A stretch of DNA of 64,000 bases from Flaccisagitta enflata (taxonomy: Eukaryota), in assembly GCA_965153355.1 (NCBI GenBank), contig OZ231126.1, positions 42,036,001-42,100,000 on the forward strand, in the 5' to 3' direction. A program made the translations under genes and the position numbers. The notes beneath the pieces were generated by a model. The model was not told the DNA's origin. It searched no databases and saw only the letters and a list, made by a program, of their open reading frames with translations. Below are positions 13,663 through 27,622 of the stretch, piece after piece. The stretch's first letter is position 1. Each line of letters opens with the position of its first letter.

Positions 13663-15775
13663 TTTTAGTCGCGTGCACGCGACTCTACACCTTGCCATGT
13701 CGGTCGGTAGGTCGGTCGGTAGGTCGGTAGGTCGGTCGGTCGGTCGGTAGGTCACGTTTTTAAAATTATGACTTTTTAAGGTTTTTTAAGGTATTTTAAG
13801 GTACTCTAGGGTATTTCTGGGTACTTTAGGGTACTTCAGGGTATTTTAGGGTACTTAAGTTATTTAAAGTACTTAAGGTATTTTAGGGTACTTTCATATA
13901 TTATTGGGTGCTTTTGGGTATTTTTGAGTATTGTTGAGTATAAATGGGTATTTTTAGATGTTTTTGGGTATTTTTGGGTATATTTGGGTATTTTTGGGTA
14001 TTTTTGGGTATCATTGGGTATTTTTGGGTATTTTGGGTATTTTGTCAACTTTTTATAGGACACTCGTTATTGGTTCAGAATGTAACTTTTTTTGGGACAG
14101 ACGTTATGAAGTTGAAGTTGTAGTATGAAGTTATGCAGTATGAGGTTGTAGTAGGTAACTTTCAGAGATAGTATGTAAGTATATGAGAATGTAGGTATGT
14201 ACGTAAGTATGTAAGTACGTAAGTATGTAAGTATGTGATTATGTAGGTAAGTAAGTAAGTATTTAAGTATGTAAGTATGTAAGTATGTAAGTATGTATGT
14301 AAGTATGTAAGTATGTAAGTATGTAAGTATGTAAGTATGTAAGTATGTAAGTATGTAAGTAAGTATGTAAGTAAGTATGTATGTAAGTATGTAAGTATGT
14401 AAGTATGTAAGTAAGTATGTAAGTATGTAAGTATGTATGTATGTAAGTACGTAAGTATGTAAGTATGTGAGTATGTAGGTATGTATGTAAGTATGTAAGT
14501 ATGTAAGTATGTATGTAAGTATGTAAGTATGTAAGTATGTATGTATGTATGTAAGTATGTAAGTATGTATGTAAGTATGTAAGTATGTAAGTATGTAAGT
14601 ATGTAAGTATGTATGTATGTATGTATGTACGTAAGTACGTAAGTATGTAAGTATGTGAGTATGTAAATAAGTATGTAAGTATGTAAGTATGTAGGTAAGT
14701 ATGTAAGTGTTAAGTATGTAAGTATGTAAGTATGTAAGTATGTAAGTATGTAAGTATGTGAGTAAGTATGTAAGTAAGTAAGTATGTAAGTATGTAAGTA
14801 TGTAAGTGTGTAAGTATGTAAGTGTGTAAGTAAGTGTGTAAGTATGTAAGTGTGTAAGTATGTAAGTATGTAAGTATGTAAGTATGTAAGTATGTAAGTA
14901 TGTAAGTATGTAAGTAAGTATGTAAGTAAGTATGTAAGTATGTATGTAAGTATATATGTAAGTATGTAAATATGTAAGTAAGTATGTAAGTATGTATGTA
15001 TGTGAGTATGTACATATGTATGTAAGTAAGTATGTAAGTATGTATGTATGTAAGTAGGTAGGTAAGTATGTAAGTATGTAAGTATGTAAGTATGTAAGTA
15101 AGTATGTAAGTAAGTATGTAAGTAAGTAAGTATGTAAGTATGTAAGTATGTAAGTATGTAAGTATGTAAGTATGTAAGTATGTAAGTATGTAAGTATGTA
15201 AGTATGTAAGTATGTAAGTAAGTATGTAAGTAAGTATGTAAGTATGTAAGTATGTAAGTATGTAAGTAAGTATGTAAGTAAGTATGTAAGTATGTATGTA
15301 AGTATGTAAATATGTAAGTAAGTATGTAAGTATGTGAGTATGTACATATGTATGTAAGTAAGTATGTAAGTATGTAAGTATGTATGTAAGTATGTATGTA
15401 AGTATGTAAGTATGTAAGCATGTAAGTAAGTAAGTATGTAAGTATGTAAGTAAGTATGTATGTAAGTAAGTATGTATGTAAGTATGTAGTATGTATGTAG
15501 GTATGTAAGTAAATATGTATGTATGTATGTAAGTATGTAAATATGTAAGTATGTAATAAGGTAAGTATGTAATTGTGTAAGTATGTAAGTATGTATGTAT
15601 GTATGTAAGTATGTATGTAAGTATGTATGTAAGTATGTATGTAGTATGTAAGTATATATTAAGTAAGTATGTAGTATGTTAAGTATGTAGTATGAAGTTA
15701 TGTAGTTGTGTGTAGTATGAAGTTGTGTAGTTTTGTGTACGTTAGCACGCGACTGTTGGCCTGTTGGGCTTGTTT
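13663..15775 (+). mobile_element. Nested HINE-like element carrying a ~1.5 kb (AAGTATGT)n array
   Basis: Has its own 5' palindrome and 3' CGCGACT..GGGCTTGTT end. Confidence 0.75.
14170..15730. repeat. Satellite built of AAGT/ATGT tetramers (mainly 8-bp AAGTATGT)
   Basis: Direct reading. Confidence 0.95.
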
Positions 15776-16080
15776 AACATTTTTTAACATTTTTTAACAT
15801 TTTTTAACATTTACTAACATTTCTTAACATTTCTTAACATCTCCTTACATTTTTAACATTTTGTCTGTCATTTCCAAACGCACGCGACTGTTGCCCTCTT
15901 GGGCTTGTTCTCTTATTCCGCTCATTCTTTTTCTTTTTCTTTTTCTTTTTAGGTGCGACAAAGCACCTCTATAACTGGCCGTGTCCGTTGGTCTGTTGGT
16001 CGGGTAACGCATTCGTTCGACAATCCACACGTCGCACCTTATTTGCCTATTTGGCCTTGTTCTCTTTTTTTTTCTCTTTC

Positions 16081-16619
16081 TTTTTGGGCAGCGGCCCCAA
16101 AGGGCCGATGTCCTGTAGGACACAGGGGTGAATTTCCATACGTACGTACGTCCATCCGTCCCCCCCCCCGGAAGCTTCTCAAGCCTCTCAAATCCAGCCT
16201 CTCAGGCCTCAAATCCAGCCTCTCAGGCCTCAAATTTGGCCTCTCAGGCCTCAAATCCAGCCTCTCAGGCCTGAAATCCAGCCTCGCGGGCCTGAAATCC
16301 AGCCTCGCGGGCCTCAAATCCAGCCTCTCAGGCCTCAAATCTAACCTCTTTGGCCTCAAATCCAGCCTCTTGGGCCTTATATCCAGCCTCTCAGACCTCA
16401 AGTTCCCATTGAATAACATGGCAAATTGACAAAAAATTGAAAAAAAAATGCAAAATTCCCAAATGTGCCCTCTCAGGACGTATGGAAATTCACCCCTGTG
16501 TCCTACAGGACATCGGCCCTTTGGGGCCGCTGCCCTGCTCTCACTCCACTTCTTCAGCTAATCACTCCAAGCAGGGCATCGGGTACTGCTGACCATGTGC
16601 GATCCTTGGATGACTTGTT
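16081..16619 (+). mobile_element. Repeat family with ~50 bp subterminal inverted repeat and 21-bp tandem core (HINE-like)
   Basis: TTTTGGGCAGCGGCCCC start, inverted copy near 16485-16535, (AAATCCAGCCTCTCAGGCCTC)n core. Confidence 0.7.
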
Positions 16620-17339
16620 CTTTTTCTTTTTCTTTTTCTTTTTCTTTTTCTTCTTCATCTTCGAGATATTCCGTGGCGTTCTACTATAGCGTATCAAACC
16701 GCCAAAAATCATTTCAAAAATGCAAAAAAATGGATTATTGTGACAAAAATTATGAATTTTTGTCACAAAAATGCTGGAAAAGGCCGTTTTGAAACAGGCG
16801 TTCTTATGCAGTTTCAAAACGATCATATATTGTCGTTTCAAAACCACCAGTATGCGCAACTTTTGAAATGAATATTGAGGCATAGTTGACGTATCAAGAC
16901 TTTGCAATTCTAAAGTTTTAAAATCATGAGATTTTTGCGTTTCAAAACGCTTGAAAACAGCGCTAAAGTAACGGCCAGCAAGGAAAAAAATCTATTCATC
17001 ATTGTATTCTTATCACCTTTTTTACCGTTTTGAAAAAGCAAAAAAATTGAAGTATTGAAACTAAGAAAAAATGTGTTTAAAATTGAAATATGATAGTATT
17101 ATAATCACACATAAAAGTGTAGCACGGGTATGGCAACAACAAAGAAAATGGCAGCAACAGCAAACAAATCATAAATTAGGAAAGGAGAGCATGGGCGAGG
17201 GTATCACTTCCAGCTGACTTTACCCAAACTGAAATAAATGGAAGAGGGCTAATACGCACGACACTCTTGGTTTTCCATAACACTGAAACTGAAAGACATG
17301 AGAGACTGAGAGACAAACAGACAGACAGACAAAAAGACA

Positions 17340-17415
<76 letters not shown>

Positions 17416-17431
17416 GAAAGAAAAAAAAAAG

Positions 17432-18067
17432 AATAGTCGCAAAAGCGTTAGATGGTCAGCAGTACCCGTTGCCCCTATGTGAGTGTATGTGGGTGTGAGG
17501 TGGTTAGAGGGGCAGCGGCCCCGAAGGGGCCGATGACCTATGCTGTTTTTATTTGGGCCTCAAGGATGGAATTAGGGCCTGGAGGCTGGGATTGGGGCCT
17601 TGAGGCTTGGATTAGGGCTTCAAGCTTCGAGGCTGCGATTTCAGCTTCAAAGCTGAGATTTGAGCTTCGAGGATGGGATTTTAGCTTTGGGGCAGGGATT
17701 TGAGCTTGGAAACTGGTATTTGAGATTTGAGGCTAGGATTTGAGCTTCTAGGCTGGGATTTGTGCCTTGAGACTGGGATTTGAGCCTAAGGGCTGGGATT
17801 TGAGCCTCGAGGCTGGGATTTTAGCCTGGATACTGAGATTTGAGCCTTAAGGCTGGGATTTGAGCTTCGAAGCAGGGATTTAAGCCCTGAGCCTGAGATT
17901 CAAGCTCTAGACTGTGATTTGGGCTTGAGGCTGCGATTTGAGCTTTGAAGCCAAGGGGGGGGGGGACGGAGAAGAAGGAGGAGGAGGAGAAGGAGAAGGA
18001 GGAGGAGAAAATTTCTCCCTGTGTGAAAGCATAGGTCATCGGCCACTTTGGGGCCGCTGCCCAAAAA
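17432..18067 (-). mobile_element. Related family copy with 20-bp tandem core
   Basis: GGGGCCGCTGCCCAAAA end, (GAGGCTGGGATTTGAGCCTC)-like array. Confidence 0.7.
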
Positions 18068-21000
18068 AGAAGGAAAGAAATATTTATAGAAAGGATAAAG
18101 GACACAAGTCACTTGGTCATCACACAGGGTAAAATACAAGTGACATGAAAGCAGGCGTCATAAAAGTCACTTGATGACCTTTCTTTTTAGTCGCATGCTA
18201 CGCGACTCTACACCTTGATATGTTGGTCTGTCGGTTGGTTGGTTGGTTGGTTGGTCAGTTAGTCCCCTTTTTGGGCAGTGGCCATGATGGGGTCGATAAC
18301 CTATGCTTTCACACATATCGGGAATTTTCTCCTTCTTCTCCTTCTTCTTCTCCTTCGTCCCCCCCCCCTCAGATCCCAGTCTCGAGGCCCAAATTAAAGT
18401 CTTGAGGCCCAAAATTCTAGCCTGAAGGCCCAAATCCTTGCCTGGAGGCCCAGATCCCCGCCTTGAAGCCCAAATCTTAGCTAAGAGGTCCCAATCCCAT
18501 GCAAGAGACCCAGATCCCAACCTCAAAACTCTGAAAGAGGCTTAGTCTGTCTGTCCTATATCGGTCCATCCATTTTGCTTGAGTTAAAAGTGCAAAAATG
18601 CACATACTTAAGTGAATTTGCAGTTGTGATAATCTCTTTGTGTGTTTGTGCCAAAAAGCTTACTTTCTACAGTTTTGAAACTGCAAAAAATTTAAGTTTT
18701 GAAACTGCAAAAAAAATGAAGTTTTGAAACTGCCAAAAATTGAAGTTTTGAAACTGCAAGAAATTGAAGCTAAGAAACGGCTATTTCATATATTATAATT
18801 TCATTGCCACTTTTTCCCTGTTCCAAAATAGTAAAAACTAGCTGGCATGAGGTGAGAAAAAAATGATATTTTAGACATGTTCTCAAAAGCCCTTTTTATG
18901 CAGTTTTGATACACCCAAAAAAAGCCGTTTTAAAACGGCAAGTATGCCTGCGTTTTGAAACCCCAGATTACTGCCACTAAAGGACATTGTTGTATGCATA
19001 AATGGTTTTTTGGTCGTCCTGAAACTGTTGCATACTAGAAGTTTTGAGACGTCGTTCCCCTATTTGGGACAAAAACGCAATAAGAACGCCGACGAAATAC
19101 CTGTCATCTTCTTCTTCTTCTTTCTCTTCTTTTTCTATTTCTTTTTCTTTTTCTTTTTCTTTTTTTCTTTTTCTTTTTTTTTTTTCCTTTTTTTTTCATC
19201 TTCTCCTTCTTCTTCTTCTTCTTCTTTTTCTTCCTCGGTCTCCTCGGTCTGCTCAGCGCTTTCAATAATGCACATTTCAAATTTCAAGGTTCTGGCTCAA
19301 ATACTTTAGAAGTTATGAGCATTTGTTTGAACCATATCAAACTAAAAAAATTCCAGGAGAATCTTTAAACTTTCTTTTGAAATATGGCCAACACAAAAAT
19401 TTTCAAAAGTTTTTTTGAAAAAAGTGAAATTACAAGATTTTGGATCTAGGCGAATCAAGCAATTTCCTATCAAATGAACCCCACTTTTTTTTTGAAAAAA
19501 AAAATCCTCATTAAGGGCTTTTTGGGGCCCCTAGGGGCCCCTAAGAAGTTCAAAATTTTGGTCAATGAGATCAACAGAGTTATGTGCATATGCCAAGGTA
19601 TCTTTCAGGAACAAATTCAAGCTAGAGCTCATGCCGTTACTACCTTCGGACCGGCCGCATATAAAAAATAAATATGAAAATTCACAAGGACTTAGATTTA
19701 GGATCTGAGGTCAATATCTACAAGATGGTAAAAGTTGTGTTGAGCAAATAAGAATTTTTTTATAAAATTGTTCATTATACATTAAAAGTTATACGACATC
19801 TTTGGGCAAAAAAATATTCAGGACCAAATCAATATCTATCCAGTCCTGCCAGTTGATATTGAGTAAAAGAAAAGTAAAAGAATAGGTTGCTGTAACAAAT
19901 GTTCTTCTTCTCCTTTTGAATTGATATTTTGATAAGGAGCAGTTATGCAGAGGCTTTTTCACCCAAGAGTTTTTAGTCATCGGTCACAGTTGGCAAAGAT
20001 GCCAAAAAATACAGCGGCACCAATTAGGGCCAGGTTACATCTCCAAAGATGGCTCGAAAAGACGAGAGAGCCGCGACATGGAAAAGCAGAATTTGTCAAG
20101 TTTTTTTCTCAATATTCAATTTCACAAATGGATTTTTGTTTCCCTTTTGTCTTTCTCTTTCTTTTTTTAATCCAAAACGTTAGAAATTGCCGCCTTGGTC
20201 TGGTGACCTCAATTTACACCAAACATATTTTCCCTTTTATCCCGCCGCGGCTGCGATACTTTTCATGGCGTTAAAGCGCCGCTAACGCCCTCCTCCGTCG
20301 AAATTCTTTTTTTTTAAGAAAACTATCCAATTTCCGACAAAAATTCGAAATGCGGAAGTTTTGTGTTTTTGTCTCATTTTGAATCAACAAACACCGTCAC
20401 TTCTTGTGAATCAAAGTTTGGTTCTTGTTCTTCATCTTTTCCTTTTGCAAAAAGAAAAGCACCACGTGGTGCCATTTCCAACACTCGGTTTCATATTTCA
20501 TACGCATAATTCTCTTCTTCTTTTCACTCACTTGCGCATTGCGCAATTTCTGATGGCGTCACTTTTTCCCTTTATCGGTAGTGCCACCCAGTGGTCGCTA
20601 CCAACCTACTCAATTCGCGGCTGTGGTCTTACTTGTGGTCTCCATCACCGTTCATCAACAAAGACTGAATCCCGAACCCCTAACGTGCGCCATCTCAAGC
20701 TACACCATCTATCTCTAAACTAAAGGCAACCTGCGAAACTTTCTCCCATCTAACCGTGAAACCACACATGGTGCCACTGAGCTCACACAAAAAGCCATAC
20801 AATTCCAAACGTAACCTCCAAAAGCCCAAACGTGATGCATTTTTCACGTTTCACGTCTTTTAGATTAAAGGCTTTTCTGCGATTCTGGTTTCTTTTTTTC
20901 TGTTTTTCCTTTAATCTTTCTAATGGCGACTAATTTTCTTTTCATTGTTTCCACTTTCCACGTGGCCGCTTTCTTTCCTCCCGCTGCATTTTCTGTATTC

Positions 21001-22481
21001 TTTTTCTCCTTTTTTGTGCTTTTCACTTTGATCTTTTTTTTTTTTTTTACTCTTTTTGTTTTCCTTTCGTTTCCTTCGGAATTCGTTTATCGCGTTTATT
21101 TTTCTTTCCGGTTTGTTTGAGAACTACCCGTTGGGGAATGAGCTAGAGCTGCATCTATTTTCTGGCCAAACAAATTGAAAGAGATGCGTTATGAGGATGA
21201 TGAGTTTCAAATTGACGGTGTTTGATGGGGGGGCGGGGAGGGGGGTAACTGTGTTAAGGTTTTTCCATCATGTTTGCCCAGGGCTTCTATCCTTCATTCT
21301 CCCAGCCAACATACAATATATCACATGTTGGTCAACTGAGCGATGTTCATTCATTCATTCATAGGCAATAAAAGCGCTTGACTAATCCGACTTCATTGGA
21401 AAGAGTGCCGCTGACCTAAATAAATACTGGGAAGTATTCCTTTCTTTCTCTTGTTTTGGTTGCGTTAACGCGACTATGTAGTCCGTTCCTTCGATGTGTT
21501 TTTTAGTCGCGTGCACGCAACTCTACAACCCGCTCTGTCCGTCGGTTGGTCGGTCGGTCGGTCGGACACACTTTGCTTTTCTTAGCTTCGCCGCCCCTGC
21601 CCACCCGCACGCGACTAAGGTAGCCGTGTATCCGGCCTTGTTTCTTCTTACAGCGGTGCCGGCAGTTCCAAATTCAACACCATTGGCCGTGTACATCCGG
21701 CCTTGTTTTCTTTTTTCTTTTCACTCTCCCTTTGTTAACTCTTTCACTTCCTTTCTCTCGTATTTCAGCGGGTTCCTCCAAGCGGTAACGAAGTTGGAGG
21801 CGGCAGCGACGCCGTTAGTGGCGGTGGGCGGTGGCGGCGGTAGGGCGGCGTAGGAGGCGACGACGTTAGTGGCGGTGGGTGGTGGCGACGGAGGCAGTGG
21901 AGGCGGCGACGGAGGCAGTGGAGGTGGCGACGGAGGCAGTGGAGGTGGCAGCGGCGGCGCCAGTGGCAGCGGCGGCGGTGGCCTCGACGGCGGCGGCGAC
22001 CGCGGCGGCGGCGACCGCGGCGGCGGCGGATATTTCCTTTCGCCATTTTGTTTCCTCCCTCATTTCCGTTTTCCCTCTTTTGTGTTCTTTCTCTCGGAAG
22101 GTTCCCTCGAAAAAATGGGCGCCCTTTTCTGTAAGTGACTTTGGCTTTTGGCCGGCTTTGAACAAAAACGAGTGACCACTGACCAACGTAAAGGCCACGT
22201 CCCCCCCCCCTCTTCAACCCAGCCACATTGGCAACGCCCCCCCCCTACTACTTTTGTTAAACAGAGCGACTAGTTGAACAACGTTGACCACACCGGCACA
22301 ACCCCCACCACCACCTTTCTGCTTAAGGCAACGGCGGTAGAGATGGGAAATATTTATTTGATATTTTTCCTCATGTCTCAGTTGTGGGATCAGAAGAGAA
22401 CCACTTTTAATTATGACCGCATGCACGATGCAATATCATTTGGAACAAACTATTATCAAGATATGCAGATATACAGATAAG

Positions 22482-22563
<82 letters not shown>

Positions 22564-23240
22564 ATTTTGTGATCAAAGAGAACAGAATAGGTTTGGGTTC
22601 CAACTTCTATTGAAATTTCAGGGCTTAGGGCCAAGTCCAATATGTAAATGGATAAAAAAGCCATTTCTTTGGGGCAACAAAGGACCGCACGTTTTCCGCG
22701 TCTGACTTCAATACGATTCCTTGGGGGAAAGGGTAAAATTTCAATGACGAGCAGCTCTTATAAGTCATAGATTTTGACCTTTTTTTTCTTCACTTTCTAT
22801 CCTCCAAAGGGTCTGGAAACCGATTCGTGAAAAGAAAATCAGTTGTTTGGACATATCCCTAGTTTGGACAACAGTTGAGACTATAGTCTAATATTTTAAT
22901 TCCTTCCGCTGTCAGTGTCAAATCACTTTAATTGCAGCATATTGCCCAAAGGGCGAAGGAGAATAAAACATGTTCCCGGGTGACCTCAAACAACCTTTGA
23001 GGTTCCCCTTTCCCTCGGTTTTCCTTTCATTTTGGCCGAGACTTCGGTGGGTTGGCCTCTTGCCACGTACAATATGCCACGTACCGCGTGTCAAATGTTA
23101 CGCACCATGTGCCAAGTGACACGTTCCATGTGCGTCGATTGATTCATTATTCATGGTTCAAAATGGAAAAGAAATAACATGATCCAGACAGAAAAATCCA
23201 TATCCTAGGTATTTGAGATCCGCAGTAGCAATTCACTTAC

Positions 23241-23282
23241 GACGGCGTACTTCCGAAGGCAACATTTGTGTTTCAACGGGGG
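23241..23282 (-). other. Candidate 42-nt exon
   Basis: TTTTTGATTTTAG| acceptor and GTC|GTAAGT donor; two frames open. Confidence 0.4.
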
Positions 23283-23399
23283 CTAAAATCAAAAACTAAA
23301 AATGAATAAAACTGAATGATTATACTAGAATAATCATTGAAATATGTCACAGTTACCAATAAAGGCGGCTAATCGCCGTAGGAAAAAAGTCGTAAATGT

Positions 23400-23464
<65 letters not shown>

Positions 23465-23533
23465 GAGGTAGGGAGGCAGAGAGGCAGAGAGGCAGAGAGA
23501 CAGAGAGACAGAGACAGATGCAGAGACAGATGC

Positions 23534-23663
<130 letters not shown>

Positions 23664-26240
23664 CAAGAGAGAGAGAGAGAGACTTCAATTAACTCCATTC
23701 CGCGTTTTTGGGAAAAATGTGAAAATTGCGAAAAAATAAAAAAAGATTTAAAAAATCATAGCTCCAAAACTATCGATCGCACAGAATTCTGCTTGGCGTC
23801 ATCTGAAAGAGGAGAATTAGATCTTTCTTAGCTATTAATTTCATGCGTAGTACCATTTGGCCCCAAAAGCTTATCAACTTCCCCAAACGCTTCATAAAAC
23901 AAAGGGAAATCCGTTTTTCTCTGCAGGACTCAAAAAGACCGAAGGGACTTCGTCTCTTCGACTTTTTTCCAAATAATTTTATTGCAAAATCTGCATGAAA
24001 TCATGAAATAGAACCAAATATTGGTAAAGTTGATAAAGAAAATATATTGCAAATTACAGAAAATTTCATATTTGGTCACTGACAGGGGGCCCGTTTAAAT
24101 TCTAAGATTGCATAGAAAATGAAAAAATGAGAAAATAAAAAACATAGTTCTCTTCCAAAAACAATTACGAAGAGAACTATGTTTTTGAAAATACAAAATT
24201 TCCCTGGATTTAAAAGTCTTAGAATTTAAACGGCAAGAAAAGATAAAAAAATGTAAGCAAGCTTTCATTAAAATCTTGATTTTCTTGTCTTTTTTGATGT
24301 GAATTGCATAGTTTAAATTACTTTTAAGGTCAGAATATGATAAATATATACACACCAAGTGTCTTTAAAGACAATTTGTCCATTAAAAGCATTCCTACAC
24401 CATTATTGTGCTGATAATGATGCAAAAAGTATGGTGAAACACTTAATTTTCCTTCAAAAATTCGCCGTCTTACTAACACCTCTCACAAAATTAGGCGAAC
24501 TGGGATAAGAACTTGTCCATAATTGCGTTTTTAAAGTTTAAAACATTAGTCCAGGTTAATGATAAGTTCAAAACATGTAATTCCCATGAGGGCTCTACGA
24601 AAAAATGTTAAAAAAATGTAACCCAATAGCTGAAAATAGCTTCATAAAATGATATCATGCAAATTTCTGGTTTAGTTGAGCTTCAAATTTGTTGCTATAA
24701 CTATTCTATTTCTCAAGGGGTTTTGGTATTTTTTTCAGCTGTCACTGACTATATCTTGGTACTGTTAACTCATTTTTGTCTGTTAGTGATACAATAATTT
24801 GAGAATTGATGTTTTCTTGCCTTTTTCATGATGAATTTAAAGATGTTTTTTTTTTGTCTTATCATCAAAAATTTCCTTGTCAAAATCAGTCAAAATCTTT
24901 CACTGGATTTTTGGCATAACACTTTCTGAGAGCTACTTACTTTCCCGGGTGCACAATTTCGCCCCGGTTTATAAAAATACTATATATTAGCTCCCTCTGT
25001 GTCAAATTTCAGCCCACTGAATGCATTATTTCTATCAATTTCGATCATTTTGCCAGTTCGTTTAATTATGTGAGAGGTTTTACCTATTTTAAATAGCGGA
25101 AGCTTATGTTCATCAAAAGCAGCTAACTGACATGAAAGATTGATAGACACAAAAAACGTGAGGAATTGCTCGACAGAACAAATGCATCCATTTTTAGGTG
25201 CGCCATAGCCCATAGCACCTCTATAAGAGACTCTGTCCGTCCGTCCGTCTGTCTTTCTCTCTGTCGGTTGGTTTCGCGTATACGCCCAAGTGAAAAATCG
25301 CAGAAAATGTTCAAAATCACATGAAAACTCATCTCGTTCATCCTTCATGTTCCTCGTCATTTTATCATATATTCAGCTGTGGTTAGGTCTGCTAGAGGTC
25401 GGAATAGGGCTAGGGTATACATTTAGGGATAGGTCTGATTGAGCTTAGGACAGGTCTGATAGTGATAGAGCTAGGGATGGGTCTGACATTGCCAGTGCTA
25501 GTACAAGTGCAGGTCAATTATTATTGGTCTCTGCAGCAAAATGAAAAACAACTTACTTGTATTTTTCTTTAATCTCTACATTTCATCTTTTTATCATTCT
25601 GTTCTGATTGAATTTCCCTATGACAAAAACTGGCGTCCAATATCAAGGACGTCAGATGACGTCCCTGGTGTCTGTCCCCATACATCGATGGACCCATCGG
25701 TGTGGCATTTGTGTTGGCAATGGCATCGGCAATGGAATAGGCATCGGAATTGGCATCGAGGTCGGCAAATTCAATTTGAGAAAAACGTGGATTGAGAGAA
25801 TTGGTTTGATCGAGATAAGACCAAGCACGCAAAATCCAAAGACAAAGGCCGGATAGAGGTTAAGAAATGTAGCAGATTTGCCAGGAATTTTCAAGTAGAA
25901 TAAAGAACCCCCATGAAAAAAACTGTGCGCGTATTCTACAGAATTTGTCTTTGAGTACGATCGCGAACAATGAGACTCAATATGTCACTTTGTCCGTCAG
26001 TCGGACCGTCGGTAGATCTGTCACATATGTCTTCTAGGGTCAATAGATTTTTTTTTTTTTGTAAATTTTCAACTTCATTTCTATTGCGATTTGTTTTATT
26101 CGTCATTCATAAAACTATTTACGCAGGTAAAGTTGTTCTCAGAAACTTGTTTTGACAACCACTCGCCTCAGACGGAAGACTTATGGACCGAAACACAGAC
26201 ACAGTACAAAGTGTCGCATATACAAAACAACAGATAGATA

Positions 26241-26853
26241 ACGGGTGGTCAAAAAAAAAGTGACTAAGCTAGAATTTTTTCCAAAAAATTTGAAATTTTT
26301 TTTATGAGTTTATATTTTGAAAATGAAGTTAAGTGTGTATAAAAATATTTTTTTTTCAATTTTGTAAAACAAATATTTATATAAAAAAAAATAAAATGTT
26401 TGCATAAATCAGTTTTAACAAATATGTTTATTAGCTCCCGTCTGAAATAAATGCAAATATTTTTAAGCCTCCAAGCTTTTGTTTAATAGATTTGAGTAGA
26501 AAAGAAAAGGATGTTTTTTAGAAGTATCTTTTGTTTTGTTATATGTTTGTATTTTCATAATTTTTCTCAGGTTTTTTATTAGTTTTTGAGTCGTCCTTAA
26601 CTATAAATAGGGAATCTATAAAAAAATTTTATTCTTTTTAAAAAAAAAATTTCATCAAAAATCAAGGCGGTCCAAAATTAAAATCAGTTTATTGTAAATA
26701 ATTTGAAATATACAGAAAATGTACAAAAATCATAATAATGAAAAAAATTCTCCTGCACCATATCTTGTTGGCAAAAAAAGAAATTTTTCTCTAAACATTT
26801 TTTTACAAAAGATATGAGAAAATGAAAAAGTCACTTTTTTTTTGACCACCCGT
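26241..26853. mobile_element. AT-rich MITE
   Basis: TIRs ACGGGTGGTCAAAAAAAAAGTGACT / AGTCACTTTTTTTTTGACCACCCGT flanked by TA. Confidence 0.8.
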
Positions 26854-27034
26854 TACATGAGATAGTTGTAAAAGTAATTGTAGAACGTAACCGTTTTTTT
26901 TAAAGTTTGAGTAGTGGTGATGTCCAACTTAGAGAAAAACGGCTTGTTTCCTCTCTCTCATAGCAACCAACTCTTTGCCAGGACGGTAAAGACTAAGCAA
27001 ATGTTTCTTGGACCAACATCACAAGTTTGCTTTA

Positions 27035-27622
27035 TTTAGTCGCGTGCTACGCGACTCTATAAGCCACTTTTCGGACAGTCCGTCGGTCCGTCCATCCGTC
27101 CGTCCATCACAAAACTGTTTAAAAGGAGTTTAATACAAAATAAAGTCATTTTAAATGTTTTTATATATTTAAGGCATTCATAAGCCACTATAAGCCTTTT
27201 TAAAAGTATAAGCCACTTTTTGGTTGGTCAGATGGTCTGTAAGTCCATCCGTCCATCTGTCACAATTTGTGACAGATGTGACTCACAAAGTTGTTAAAGG
27301 GCGTTTCTCCCAATCAAAATACATTTTAAATGTTTTTGAATGTTTTCATGTCATTCATAAACCTCTGTCAGCCACTTTTATACTCTATGAGTCATTTTTT
27401 GGTTTGTCTGTCTATCCGTCCTTCTGTCCATCTGTACGTTAGTTTGTCACAAAGTTGTTTTTAGGGCCTTTTGCTGTCTTTTTTAGTTTTTTTTTAACAA
27501 TTGACAAGAATCTTTTACAAGTACAGAGCTAGTTCAAAGGTCTTTTTAAAAGTTTATCTGTCTGTCTGCCTGACTTTTTTTAAAAGTGCCGACGCACGCG
27601 ACTAAGGTCTGATGACCTTGTT
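27035..27622 (+). mobile_element. Longer HINE-like element
   Basis: TAGTCGCGTGCTACGCGACTC start; CGCGACT-AAGGTC..GACCTTGTT hairpin end. Confidence 0.7.

Larger units (their letters stand above)
13384..15909 (+). mobile_element. HINE-like element with (AACATTTTTT)n core, interrupted by a nested relative
   Basis: 5' TAGTCGCGTGCACGCGACTC, 3' CGCGACT..GCCC..GGGCTTGTT; the 10-bp array resumes after the insert. Confidence 0.75.

Noticed and set aside
14067-15421. Long 419-426 aa (TYILTYLH)n ORFs
   Set aside because: Stop-free strand of a tetramer satellite inside a transposon
21769-22130. Plus-strand Gly-rich exon with good splice sites
   Set aside because: All three frames contain stops; a Gly-rich protein would need several frameshifts
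25608-25894. GIGIG / MPIPMP short ORFs
   Set aside because: Hexamer-like repeat patch with no convincing splice sites or recognisable family
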